Below the pieces are notes generated by a model. It saw only the letters and a list, made by a program, of their open reading frames with translations, did not search any database and was not told the DNA's origin. The translations under genes were made by a program, and so were the position numbers. Shown here piece after piece: positions 31,196 to 40,432 of a stretch of DNA of 64,000 nt. Location of the stretch: the NCBI GenBank assembly GCA_965248055.1, contig CBDFIJ010000004.1, positions 2,656,001 to 2,720,000 on the forward strand. The letters run 5' to 3'. Each line of letters opens with the position of its first letter. Within the stretch, counting starts at the first letter, position 1. This stretch comes from Candidatus Multivoradales bacterium. Lineage in GTDB: Bacteria; Acidobacteriota; Thermoanaerobaculia; Multivoradales; JAHEKO01.

Positions 31196-32308
31196 TATGA
31201 AATGTCCTGCGAGACGTTTGTCGACAAGTCTTGGGGCGCTAGCCGATGAAATATCTGCGTCAGCGTATCTGCGGTGCGCTCCCAAGAAAACTGCTCCCGA
31301 GTTCGCAATTCCACTTGTCGTCCCTGATCTGCCACCGCCGATGGATTCGCCAGCAGCGCATTGATGGCCTGGGTCAGTGTCTCAGGGTTGTCGGCTTGAA
31401 AGTAGATCGCTTGGTCGCCGGCTGTCTCGCGATTTTCTGGGGTGTCATTGACCAGAACGCGGTTGTCGAAACCCATAGCTTCCACCAGAGCGGGATGGGT
31501 CCCCCCGATTTTAGTGGCTTGGATGTAAGCAAAAGCGTTCGCAAGCAGTTCTAGATATTGCATTCCATACCTCGGCCCAAGAAACCTGACACGGTGGTCC
31601 TTTGCCTCGCGTAACTTTCTCACGAATCGGTCGGCGTAGGGCGCCCAGCCAACCATCACCAGTGACAAGTCTCCATTGGCTTGGGCGTAGACTTCGATCA
31701 CTCGATGGGGTTGTTCCCCGGTTCAAATCTGCTGACATAGAGAAAGTAGCGTTGCGGCTTAAGCCCCAATTCGTCGAGGGTCCGCCCAGTTTCGAGGGCA
31801 TAGATGCGACCCCGTAGGGTACAACGTCGGAGTCCATCCGGTACTTGTCTAAGTAATATTCCGGGATAACCCCTGAGTCAGTTACCAGGGCGTTGGGAAG
31901 CTTGACCGACAATCGCTCTGATATCGCGTATGCGGATCTGGTTAGTGGACCCCACTTCGCGCGATGTTTTTCGATTCCATCAACATGCAGCGCGGTCTTG
32001 GTGCCACCTAAGCGAAGGAGTGGGACGAACGCAGCGTCGAATCGTCCAGCCGCGTGCAGGCAGGAAAGCAATGTGTGGATCGGAGTGTCCTAATGCTTAG
32101 TTCGGATTGTCGGCAGGACTACCAATTTGACTCCTGTGAATGAGTCCGTGCCCTTGGGCGTAAAGTGAGATCGACAGTAGACGGTAACGTCAAATCCTTT
32201 GTCCACCAACTGTGGAGCGACTTGCTCCATCATTGTTTCAAAGCCACCGTATCGAGCTGGAATGCCGCGGCTGCCGATGAGAGCGATGCGTATACGGTGG
32301 CCAGTCAT
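31195..32308 (-). pseudogene. GT4 glycosyltransferase (DUF1972-type), disrupted
   Basis: GSRGIPARYGGFET start; in-frame TAG at 32090-32092; frameshift near 31700-31790; C-terminal GGTHPALVEAMG in another frame. Confidence 0.85.
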
Positions 32309-33240
32309 AGGGCAACGACTTGCGAAGGAACCACATCGCTGTCGAAAGAGCGGACACGGTACGTCGTGCTTGAATCGCTCTGCGTCGCGCGAGATTGAAT
32401 TTGCGATGGCGCCATAGCCAAGAAAAAGCGGAGAGCGAACGCCTTTCCCGCGATAAGACCCAAAAAACAATGCCCAAATCGCATACCAGAGATGGAACCA
32501 AGGTGACGATCAGAGATCCTCAGCTCTCGTGGTAAGCGCGCAGCAAATAGTGGTTTTTCAGGGAATGGTAGTTGACGGATGGTGTCATCTCGGTGCGTCT
32601 TGAGGGTATGTTGGTGCGAAAATGGATGCATCGGGCGCTTGGGCAGTACACTGTATTCCAGCCACGCTCTTGCAAACGGAAGGCGAGTTCCGCATCTTCT
32701 CGGTAGGTATGGAACTCCTCGAGAAATATTTGTCCGTCAATATTTGCATCGTCCAAGGCTTGGCGCACGAACAGGGTCCCCGCAGCGGTACCACCAAACA
32801 CGTACTACCGCTGGTGGTACTGGCCGGAATCGACCACCCCGGACCCTCGGTCCAAGTGACGCCATGAGGTTTTGAGATGTATGCCCGTGGCATCGAGGAT
32901 GGTGTCGGGAGATCTTCGTTTGCGCGTGAGGCGTGCAGTCGCGCCAACCCTTTTTGAACTCTCAGAATCAAGGCAGGCGATGAGCTGAAGCAAGAAACCT
33001 GAAGATGGTTGGGTACCTGGATTCAGACATAGAATGAACTCTGCTGAGGTTTCTGCGATTGCCCGATTTATGCCACCTGAGAACCCGGAGTTCACATCGA
33101 GTTTGACCGGACGCACCGAGAAAGCCGATTTTGTTTCTTCGACCAACCTACAAGAATTGTCCTCGCTTGCCGTATCGATTGATCACTTCCTGAAGTCGCG
33201 CGGGAGAGAGTATAACTTGGTGATCGCCAGTCGATGTGTG
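32305..33240 (-). pseudogene. GT2 glycosyltransferase, disrupted and probably 5'-truncated at the IS
   Basis: Fragments NSGFSGGIN, LCLNP, stop at 32805, GGTAAG, YREDAELAFRL, KNHY in several frames. Confidence 0.75.
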
Positions 33241-33322
33241 CATGATCCGAGCGACCTTTTCTTTGAGTCTCGGTTGTCCATTCGGAACCTGTCAACAACT
33301 TTGAGACAGTTGGCAGAATTAA

Positions 33323-34336
33323 TTAGTGAATCGGGACAACCTCCTTGGTGCGCTGATGTTTGGGTGGGTTGATCCAGACGGCCCTCGGTAATAGCTGAAC
33401 GGTCGGTCTTCCACGGACAAATCGCTGTGGGTTGTTTCGCCAAGCTTGGTCAAGGGCCAGTTGACGGATCTTGAGCTTGTGGTCGGCCTTGCCGTAGTGG
33501 ACATCTTCGGGTGTCAGCATGGCGATGCCGGCGTGACGGTGCTGGGTGTTGTACCAGCGGAAAAACGAGCGGCAGAAGGCGATAGCGTCCTCGATCGAGC
33601 CGAACCGATCGGGAAAGCTCGGGTGATACTTGAGGGTCTTGAATTGGGCTTCGGAGAAGGGATTATCGTTGGAGATGCGAGGCCGCGAGAACGACTGAGA
33701 GATACCAAGCCGTACGAGGAGTCGTCCGGTGTCCTTGGCGGTCATCGGCGAGCCCCGATCACTGTGTAGGGTTAGCTGATTCTTGGGAATGCCTTGCTTG
33801 GTTGAGGTCTCCTTGAGAAGCCTTTGGGCTAAGGCCTCGCGTTCGTGCTCGGCGAGCATCCAGCCGACCACATAGCGGCTGAAGATATCGAGGACAACGT
33901 AGAGATAGAACCACCATCCCGGCTGAGGACCTCGCAGCCGGGTGATATCCCAGCTCCAGTCTTGGTTTGCCGCTGTGGCGAGTAGCTCTGGCTTGGTATA
34001 GACCGGATGGCGGCGTTGGCGCCGTCTCTCCTGCAGCGTCTTCTCAGCTGCCAGGAGTCGGTACATGGTGCGCTCCGAGCACAGATAGCGTTCTTCGTCG
34101 AGAAGGGTGGCCACCACGGCCGCCGGTGCAGCGTCGACAAAGCGCGGCCCGTTGAGTAGGTCAAGGACCTGTTGTTTTTCGCTGACTGTCAGTGCCCGAG
34201 CTGGAGTCGGTCGAGGCTGCTGAGGCTCGGTTGATCTCGGCCGAAGCCGACGATAGAACGTTGCACGACTGACGCTCAGGCTCCGGCAGGCCGGTGCGAT
34301 ACCGACCCACGGAGCCAGCGTCCTGGCCGCTTTCAC
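33323..34336 (-). CDS. IS3-family transposase OrfB (rve DDE)
   Basis: WSWDIT, LDIFSRY, HSDRGS, DNPFSE, YNTQHRH. Confidence 0.93.
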   Translation of the reverse strand: MKAARTLAPWVGIAPACRSLSVSRATFYRRLRPRSTEPQQPRPTPARALTVSEKQQVLDLLNGPRFVDAAPAAVVATLLDEERYLCSERTMYRLLAAEKTLQERRRQRRHPVYTKPELLATAANQDWSWDITRLRGPQPGWWFYLYVVLDIFSRYVVGWMLAEHEREALAQRLLKETSTKQGIPKNQLTLHSDRGSPMTAKDTGRLLVRLGISQSFSRPRISNDNPFSEAQFKTLKYHPSFPDRFGSIEDAIAFCRSFFRWYNTQHRHAGIAMLTPEDVHYGKADHKLKIRQLALDQAWRNNPQRFVRGRPTVQLLPRAVWINPPKHQRTKEVVPIH

Positions 34337-34812
34337 GAGTTCTTCTCGCCCTCTGAGGGGATACCCAGCAGCCCGGCTACTTTTCTTTGCACATCGATGA
34401 TCAGCTGTGCCCTGTGCAATTCGTTCTCAAGCCGAGTCTTCTCCCGCTCTAGTCGAGCAACCTTGCTTTCCAACGGGTGCCTTTTGGGTTTGCGTCCGCG
34501 CCTCTTGCCGAGCGCGGCAAGCGATCCCCGTCGCCGAGCTAGGCGCCAGTTAGATAGATGAGATGAGTAGAGACCCTCCCGGCGCAACAGGGACCCGACC
34601 TCCTCTCGGCTGGAGCAAGCGTCGGCCTGCTCCAAGATCGCCAGTTTGTACTTTGCCGTAAACCGCCGTCTGGCGGGTCGAGCCTCGATCTCAGGGTCGG
34701 GTACCGATTCGGGGGTCGAGGGCAACTGCGCCGTCTCCCCTCCGGATCCCTCGTCGCTACGCTCCTCGGTCGCCTTCGGCGAGACGGGCAATATGGGCTG
34801 ATTCTGAAACAT
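34333..34812 (-). CDS. IS3-family transposase OrfA
   Basis: RRRFTAKYK, LLRREGLYSSHLSNWR HTH plus coiled coil; GTGA overlap with orfB. Confidence 0.9.
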   Translation of the reverse strand: MFQNQPILPVSPKATEERSDEGSGGETAQLPSTPESVPDPEIEARPARRRFTAKYKLAILEQADACSSREEVGSLLRREGLYSSHLSNWRLARRRGSLAALGKRRGRKPKRHPLESKVARLEREKTRLENELHRAQLIIDVQRKVAGLLGIPSEGEKNS

Positions 34813-34872
34813 ACTGAAACCTCCTTCCGCCCTCTAATTATCAGGGGGCCAAGTGTCTCAGCTACGTTGGCA

Positions 34873-35200
34873 GATAGGGATTGCGCCGATACGCTTTGGA
34901 GCTGGGATCAAAGGGAAGGTAAATCACAGCCTTGCTTGGGGTTTGCCCTGCGTGGCCACTTCAGTTGCTTGTGAAGGAATGAAATTGGTCCACGATCGAC
35001 ATATTTTGATTGCCGACCAAGCTGAGAAATTTGCTCGCGAGGTGGTCTGTGCTCATCGCGACGACGCCCTGTGGCAAAGTCTCTCGACGGCCGGTCGCGA
35101 ATTCATGGAAACGCACTATTCGCTGCGCGCTGGTCGCGCAGCGGTTATTGAAGCGCTGGGTCGCCTGGTACCGGGTGTGCCGAGGACTACCGAACAGTGA
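34873..35200 (+). pseudogene. C-terminal remnant of a GT4 glycosyltransferase
   Basis: APIRFGAGIKGKV...GLPCVATSVACEG begins right at the IS end. Confidence 0.8.
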
Positions 35201-35217
35201 ATTGCGGACGGTGGCGG

Positions 35218-35838
35218 CTATGAACTGGGGGACATCCCTAGCAGTTCCCTCACGGTCAACTCCAATCGAGTTAGGCCGCCGTTGAGTCCTATCTCTAGCG
35301 CTTCCTCGGGTTCGACGTGGTCAACCCAAGCGGACTTAAGAGCGAGCAAAGCTCCGACGCGATTGCCACTGCGGCAGTGAATGGCAACTGGACCCTGCGC
35401 TGATTCCATCGCCTCAGACAGCCAAAGCACGTTCTCCATGGTCAGGTCTTCGGCGCTACCGATCGGAATCTGGACGTAGGTGAGTCCCAGGGCGGCGGCC
35501 TCGGCGATCTCTGCTGAGAAATCTTCTTCGTCGGGGCGTCGAGTATTGATGATGGTGGTGTATCCGCTTTCGGCCAATGCGCGCAGTTGCTGGCTGGTCG
35601 GTTGGCCGCCGGTGAGCACGCCGGGTAGAGGCGCCATGGCGTTGGGTAACAAGTCCGGTGGGTGGGCGGGGTTAACCGGGGCCTGGACGGTTTGTTCAAC
35701 CACCACCTGTGGAGCCACAGATTCCTTAATCGGAGCCTCGACTCCAATGCAACCAAAAAGTAGAACCAAAGCGAAAAGCAAATTGCCGAGCGATGTTCCC
35801 GGGCGGGCGAAGCTTATTCTCTTACGCATTTTGGACAT
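35218..35838 (-). CDS. DUF442/BLH phosphatase-like (sulfur transferase) domain protein, probable lipoprotein
   Basis: GGQPT, INTR, P-loop HCRSGNR; LFGC lipobox-like. Confidence 0.78.
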   Translation of the reverse strand: MSKMRKRISFARPGTSLGNLLFALVLLFGCIGVEAPIKESVAPQVVVEQTVQAPVNPAHPPDLLPNAMAPLPGVLTGGQPTSQQLRALAESGYTTIINTRRPDEEDFSAEIAEAAALGLTYVQIPIGSAEDLTMENVLWLSEAMESAQGPVAIHCRSGNRVGALLALKSAWVDHVEPEEALEIGLNGGLTRLELTVRELLGMSPSS

Positions 35839-35943
35839 GGAGTTTCCCCTGGGTGCTGTCGAGGTGACGTTCAGTAAGTTCCGGTCGCATTTCGTTGGTC
35901 TTGAGTCTCGGCCCGGCCGAAAAATCTCCCAAGACACGTGGAG

Positions 35944-36852
35944 CTAGTTCTCGGTCAGGCCACGATGGAGCAAACTCAGGTACGCCTCAGCGTTGATGAA
36001 GGTGCTCCAAGCCTCATCATAGGCGGCGGTTGGCTGAGCCGCGACGATTTCTTGCAACGAGTTACCTGCGGCGACTAAGGCGGCGACCGCATCCCGCGTG
36101 GTGGTGAGCATTTCCACATAGCCTTCCATTTCCGCTTTGCCAATCAATGGTCCGTGGCCAGGGATGATCTGCGTCTCCTCGTTACACATAGCCAAGAGGC
36201 GCTGGTTTGCGGCAACAAAACCGTCCACCGAGCCGCCGTTATCGAGGTCGATAAACGGGTAGGTGCCATAGAAAACTAAGTCTCCGCCGTGAATGACGTT
36301 GGCATTTTCAAAGTGAACGATGGCGTCTCCGTCGGTGTGCGAAACGCCGACGTAGGAGACGTCGATGTCTTCACCGTTGAGATGCAGGGCAACATCGTTG
36401 GAGAAAGTGACCACCGGCAGACCTTCTGGTTCCAAGGCCGGGCTGCGCATGTTGAAAAAAGGCACGACCTGTTCAACAGTGAGTCGTTGGCGCACGTTCT
36501 CGTGGGCGACGATGATTGAACCGGTTTCGCCAAACAGTTCATTGCCACCCGTGTGGTCTCCGTGAAAGTGGGTGTTCAGCAGAAATACCCGGTCTGATGC
36601 GCCTTCTGGGACCAAAGAGGCGATCTCGGCGGCGATAGATTCATGCACTGGTGCCATTTGATCATCGATCAGCACGGTCGCGTCTGGGCCCACCAAGACA
36701 CCGATGTTCCCGCCCTGGCCACTGATCATGTAGAGGTTGTCGGCAACTTGCTGGGTTTGCAGCGCTGGTATCTCGGCGGGCTCCTGCGCACCCACTGGCA
36801 TATTGAAGGCGGTGATTGCGACAGCAATCGTTGAAAGGTGAGTCAATCGCAT
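35944..36852 (-). CDS. Secreted MBL-fold metallohydrolase (cyclase-like)
   Basis: GGNIG, NTHFHGDHTGGN, HTDGD, GD, IPGHG; signal peptide. Confidence 0.88.
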   Translation of the reverse strand: MRLTHLSTIAVAITAFNMPVGAQEPAEIPALQTQQVADNLYMISGQGGNIGVLVGPDATVLIDDQMAPVHESIAAEIASLVPEGASDRVFLLNTHFHGDHTGGNELFGETGSIIVAHENVRQRLTVEQVVPFFNMRSPALEPEGLPVVTFSNDVALHLNGEDIDVSYVGVSHTDGDAIVHFENANVIHGGDLVFYGTYPFIDLDNGGSVDGFVAANQRLLAMCNEETQIIPGHGPLIGKAEMEGYVEMLTTTRDAVAALVAAGNSLQEIVAAQPTAAYDEAWSTFINAEAYLSLLHRGLTEN

Positions 36853-36972
36853 AAGTCCTCCGAGAGCTTGGGTGAAGATCCGTCGTCCGGTCCGCGGTGA
36901 AAACCTAGCACACAGAGATTGATGATTTGTGAGGGGCTTGTGTCCCGGCGCAGCTATTGATCGCGCACTTCA

Positions 36973-39900
36973 CTAAACCGAGAGCAGTATTGAGCGCACC
37001 GGCGACTGGGTGATGGTTCCGACTGCAATCTCGTACCAAGCCATCTGCACCCGATAGCGATCAGGAATTTCTCCGGTTGACAGGTCAGTTTTGAAATCGA
37101 CCAAAGTGGCAGTGCCTTCGGTGACAAAGAACATATCGACCACTCCGTCGAGAATAGTGCCGTCTTGGCAACGATGGAGAAATGGATACTCGCGTTCGAG
37201 CCGCTCGGCTGTGCGGGCGGAAGCGATCAGCGGGTGTTGCAGTGCGTTCGTACAAGCCCTGATTGCAGCCTCCGCTTCGGCGTCGGTTGCTTGGTGAATT
37301 CGCCGGTAGTAGTCGGCCAAGATGGTGAGTTGATCCGGACCGGCGTCGAGCGGCGTATCGCGCAGAATGGAATGAACCAGCGTGCCAAAGCGAGCACCAT
37401 GAGGCCGCTTCTCTGGCCCTCGCGAAGTCATCACTTCAATCTGGTTTTTTCGGCGATTCCTCGGTAGCTCGGAAAGATTATCGAGATCTGAAATCGCCAC
37501 CACCCGCCTAGATGGCACTGAACCTTGCTGCACCTGCTTACGGCGATTTTTTCGCCACGCTTGGTAGTCGAGTAAACCACCGTCTCCGGTTTCCGGAGGG
37601 GAAAGAAGGCTCGCTTGCGCGACGCCGAAGTGACTCTCTACCTCCAAGTCCAACACGGCTGGGTCCCACCACAGAACTTTGTGAGAGCCTAGTTGCGGCT
37701 GATGGATTCCGGGATGAACCGAACCGTCTTGCTCGCCGTCTTGAGAACTAGGACGCTTTGGAACACTGGTTGAGCCGAAGGGCGGGCACGCGTTGGCGAC
37801 CACTGACAGAGAAAACCGTTCGCGATTCGGGTAGAGCGCTGGTGCCAGCGGCGCCAGCCAACTGGTGGCCGGATAGACGTTGCCGCGAGCGTCCAGATCG
37901 CCGACAACCGGAACCACCATCAGGTCTCGTGCCCGGGTGGCGGCGACGTAGGTGACTCGCACCGCCTCCGCTTGATCGCGAGCCAACTCGTCTTTCTGCC
38001 TATCCAAGAGATCCGGTGGCGCTAGGTCGAGAATCCTCTGAGCGCAGAGTTTGTGTTCGGGGTCGACCGTGATCGAGGCCGGTCTGGTGGCGTTGGTGGT
38101 GGGATCAGCGAGGATGACGATCGGGAACTCCAAGCCTTTGGCGGCATGCACCGTCATCAAGCGCACGCCTTCATCAGTTTCCTCAAAGACTGCCGGCTGG
38201 CGTGTCGCCAGACTTTCCGATTCATGCACCAAGTACTCGACGAACGCCCTGAATGAACTCCCGCCTCGGCGTTCCCAGGCGCGGGAGAGGCTGCGCAGAT
38301 GGTCGAGGTTGGCAAGTGCTTGGCGCCCTGCCGGTCGCAGTAGAAAACCGGCGTGCGCGCGGGTGGCGCTGAGGAGGCGTTCGAGCGTCGAGGCAATCGC
38401 CACTTGGTTGCGTTGATGATGAAATCCAGCCAGCATGTCGAGGGCTTGTCGAACTTCATTATGGCCGTCACCCGCAATGCGTTTTGCCAGAGGATCGAGT
38501 TTTCCGCCCTCCATACGATAGAGAAATAACTTCTCGTCCAAGATGGAAAACAACGATCCTTTGAGGGTTGCGTAAACCGCCAGTTCGTCTTCTGGCCACT
38601 CAATGGCGGTCAGGGCGACGCGCAGCGTATCGACCTCTTCTCGATGATGCAGAGAGCGCCCCCCGACCAGTACGTGGGGCAGTCCCCGCACCTCGAGGGC
38701 ACGGACATAGCCGTTGGTGACGTCGGTCTTCCAGCCAAGAAACCTACGAAACAGCAGACAGATGTGATGCGGTTGAATGGCTATTTTTTGCTGGTTCTCT
38801 GGATTTTCGATTTGCCAACCTGAATCCTCCACTAACCATTGGATGAAGGCTCCGGTGGCATTGGGCAAGGACGCCTCGACCGCTGCCTTGGATAGCGAGT
38901 AGACACCATACGGACTGGGCACTGGTAGAGCGATCAGCGAGGGATGCTCCGCGTCACTGTCGCGCACCGGGAGCAAAGGTACGTAGGCGGCTTGCCCGGC
39001 ATCCCGATCTTCGGTCATGGGAGCCGCGAAGGCAGCGTTGACCGCTTCTTGCAGAGGAGCGACGGCGCGAAAGCTGCGGGCTAGATAAAGCAACTCGACC
39101 CCAGAGCTGATCAGATGGTCCTGGACTCTTTGGTAGAAGCGCACGTCGGCACGGCGAAATCGGTAGATGGATTGCTTAGGGTCGCCAACCAAGAATAGTT
39201 TTCCCGGTCGAGGTCGTACTTGGTTCCAACGGGTGGCTTGCGGATTTTCGGCAGCCAGTAGGAGCAGGATCTCAGCTTGAATTGGGTCGGTATCCTGAAA
39301 TTCATCGACAAAAAGGTGGGTGTACCGGTTTTGAAAATAGGCGCGAATCTCGCCTTCGTTGACCAACAGATCGCGGGTCAATAACAGCAGGTCCAGAAAG
39401 TCGAGGGCCCCTCGGTCGCGTTTGGCTTGATCATAGGCCGAGGTCACCGGTTGTAGTTCCTGGTACAGCGCCACTGCGAGGTCCCCATCTGCTCCTTTGA
39501 CGAACTCCTCAACCAGGTCCAGTAGGTCGATTTTTGCCGTCAGCATGTCGGCGCGGGTCAAATCGGTCGCGTAGTTGGCTCCACGACCTCGTCCTTTGGC
39601 GTCACCCAACTGGTGAGCCAAGGAATGGATCCGCGCTTCAAGGGTTGGATAGTCCCGGGGGCCCTCGCTCTCACTCCGCTCGATCCACTCGGCCAGGTCG
39701 CGCACCGACTGCAGAGAACGAAAGAGTGGATCGGATGGCCCCCCTCCGAGTGACAGGGTTGCGACCTCGTCGACACGGATTGCGATTTGGTTGATCTGCG
39801 TCATCAGATCGATCGGTCTTGCGGTCCACGGGTGGTCGAAGTCTCGCCAGTCGAGCAAGGAAAGGGCTGCACGCCGCAAGCGCTCCAGCGGTGGTTCGGT

Positions 39901-40428
39901 AATCCATGTACGAGGATGGGCCAAGCGCGCGAGTGCCCTCTGGAGAGTGGTGGTGGGGCTATCCAAGCGGCGTTGAATCCACGAACGAAAGGCTTGCTGG
40001 TGCAAGGATTCCGCTTGTTCGGCGTCGTACTCGGAAAAGCCAGGGTCGATGCCGGCTGCAATCGGACGCTCGTGGAGGATCTCAGCGCAAAACGAGTGAA
40101 TCGTGCCGATGGTCGCTTCTTCCAGCCTGGAAAGTGCCTCTTCGATGCGGCCACGACGTAGGTCATCGAGGTCCGGCTGCACTCGCGCCTGTTCCAATTC
40201 GATGCGCAACCGTAGCTTGAGTTCGCCAGCGGCTTTGCGGGTGAAAGTGACCGCCACGACCTGATCGATATTGGTGACGCCTTCGGCCAGAACGGCGACC
40301 AGCCTGCCGACCAGGGCCGTAGTCTTGCCAGTACCCGCAGCCGCCTCAACCAAGAACGAGGTATTCAGGTCGGAGGCAATGCGCTCTCTCGCCTCGATGT
40401 CCATCGCTAGCAGATCGCTCGACTTCAC
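36973..40428 (-). CDS. addA: AddA-like UvrD helicase/nuclease
   Basis: AAAGTGKT, VDEFQD, GDPKQSIYRFR, MTVHAAKGLEF, C-terminal nuclease GVVD...VDFKT; GTG 40428 with GGAG SD. Confidence 0.88.
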   Translation of the reverse strand: MKSSDLLAMDIEARERIASDLNTSFLVEAAAGTGKTTALVGRLVAVLAEGVTNIDQVVAVTFTRKAAGELKLRLRIELEQARVQPDLDDLRRGRIEEALSRLEEATIGTIHSFCAEILHERPIAAGIDPGFSEYDAEQAESLHQQAFRSWIQRRLDSPTTTLQRALARLAHPRTWITEPPLERLRRAALSLLDWRDFDHPWTARPIDLMTQINQIAIRVDEVATLSLGGGPSDPLFRSLQSVRDLAEWIERSESEGPRDYPTLEARIHSLAHQLGDAKGRGRGANYATDLTRADMLTAKIDLLDLVEEFVKGADGDLAVALYQELQPVTSAYDQAKRDRGALDFLDLLLLTRDLLVNEGEIRAYFQNRYTHLFVDEFQDTDPIQAEILLLLAAENPQATRWNQVRPRPGKLFLVGDPKQSIYRFRRADVRFYQRVQDHLISSGVELLYLARSFRAVAPLQEAVNAAFAAPMTEDRDAGQAAYVPLLPVRDSDAEHPSLIALPVPSPYGVYSLSKAAVEASLPNATGAFIQWLVEDSGWQIENPENQQKIAIQPHHICLLFRRFLGWKTDVTNGYVRALEVRGLPHVLVGGRSLHHREEVDTLRVALTAIEWPEDELAVYATLKGSLFSILDEKLFLYRMEGGKLDPLAKRIAGDGHNEVRQALDMLAGFHHQRNQVAIASTLERLLSATRAHAGFLLRPAGRQALANLDHLRSLSRAWERRGGSSFRAFVEYLVHESESLATRQPAVFEETDEGVRLMTVHAAKGLEFPIVILADPTTNATRPASITVDPEHKLCAQRILDLAPPDLLDRQKDELARDQAEAVRVTYVAATRARDLMVVPVVGDLDARGNVYPATSWLAPLAPALYPNRERFSLSVVANACPPFGSTSVPKRPSSQDGEQDGSVHPGIHQPQLGSHKVLWWDPAVLDLEVESHFGVAQASLLSPPETGDGGLLDYQAWRKNRRKQVQQGSVPSRRVVAISDLDNLSELPRNRRKNQIEVMTSRGPEKRPHGARFGTLVHSILRDTPLDAGPDQLTILADYYRRIHQATDAEAEAAIRACTNALQHPLIASARTAERLEREYPFLHRCQDGTILDGVVDMFFVTEGTATLVDFKTDLSTGEIPDRYRVQMAWYEIAVGTITQSPVRSILLSV

Positions 40429-40432
40429 CGAA

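Larger units (their letters stand above)
33290..34872 (-). mobile_element. IS3-family insertion sequence, ~1.58 kb
   Basis: TG...CA ends; imperfect 24-bp IRs (33290-33313 and 34849-34872, 17/24 match); orfA plus orfB; no target duplication. Confidence 0.88.

Noticed and set aside
33260-33295. Outward TTGACA in the IS end as a hybrid promoter for the rml genes
   Set aside because: No -10-like hexamer 16-18 nt downstream (CGAGAC).
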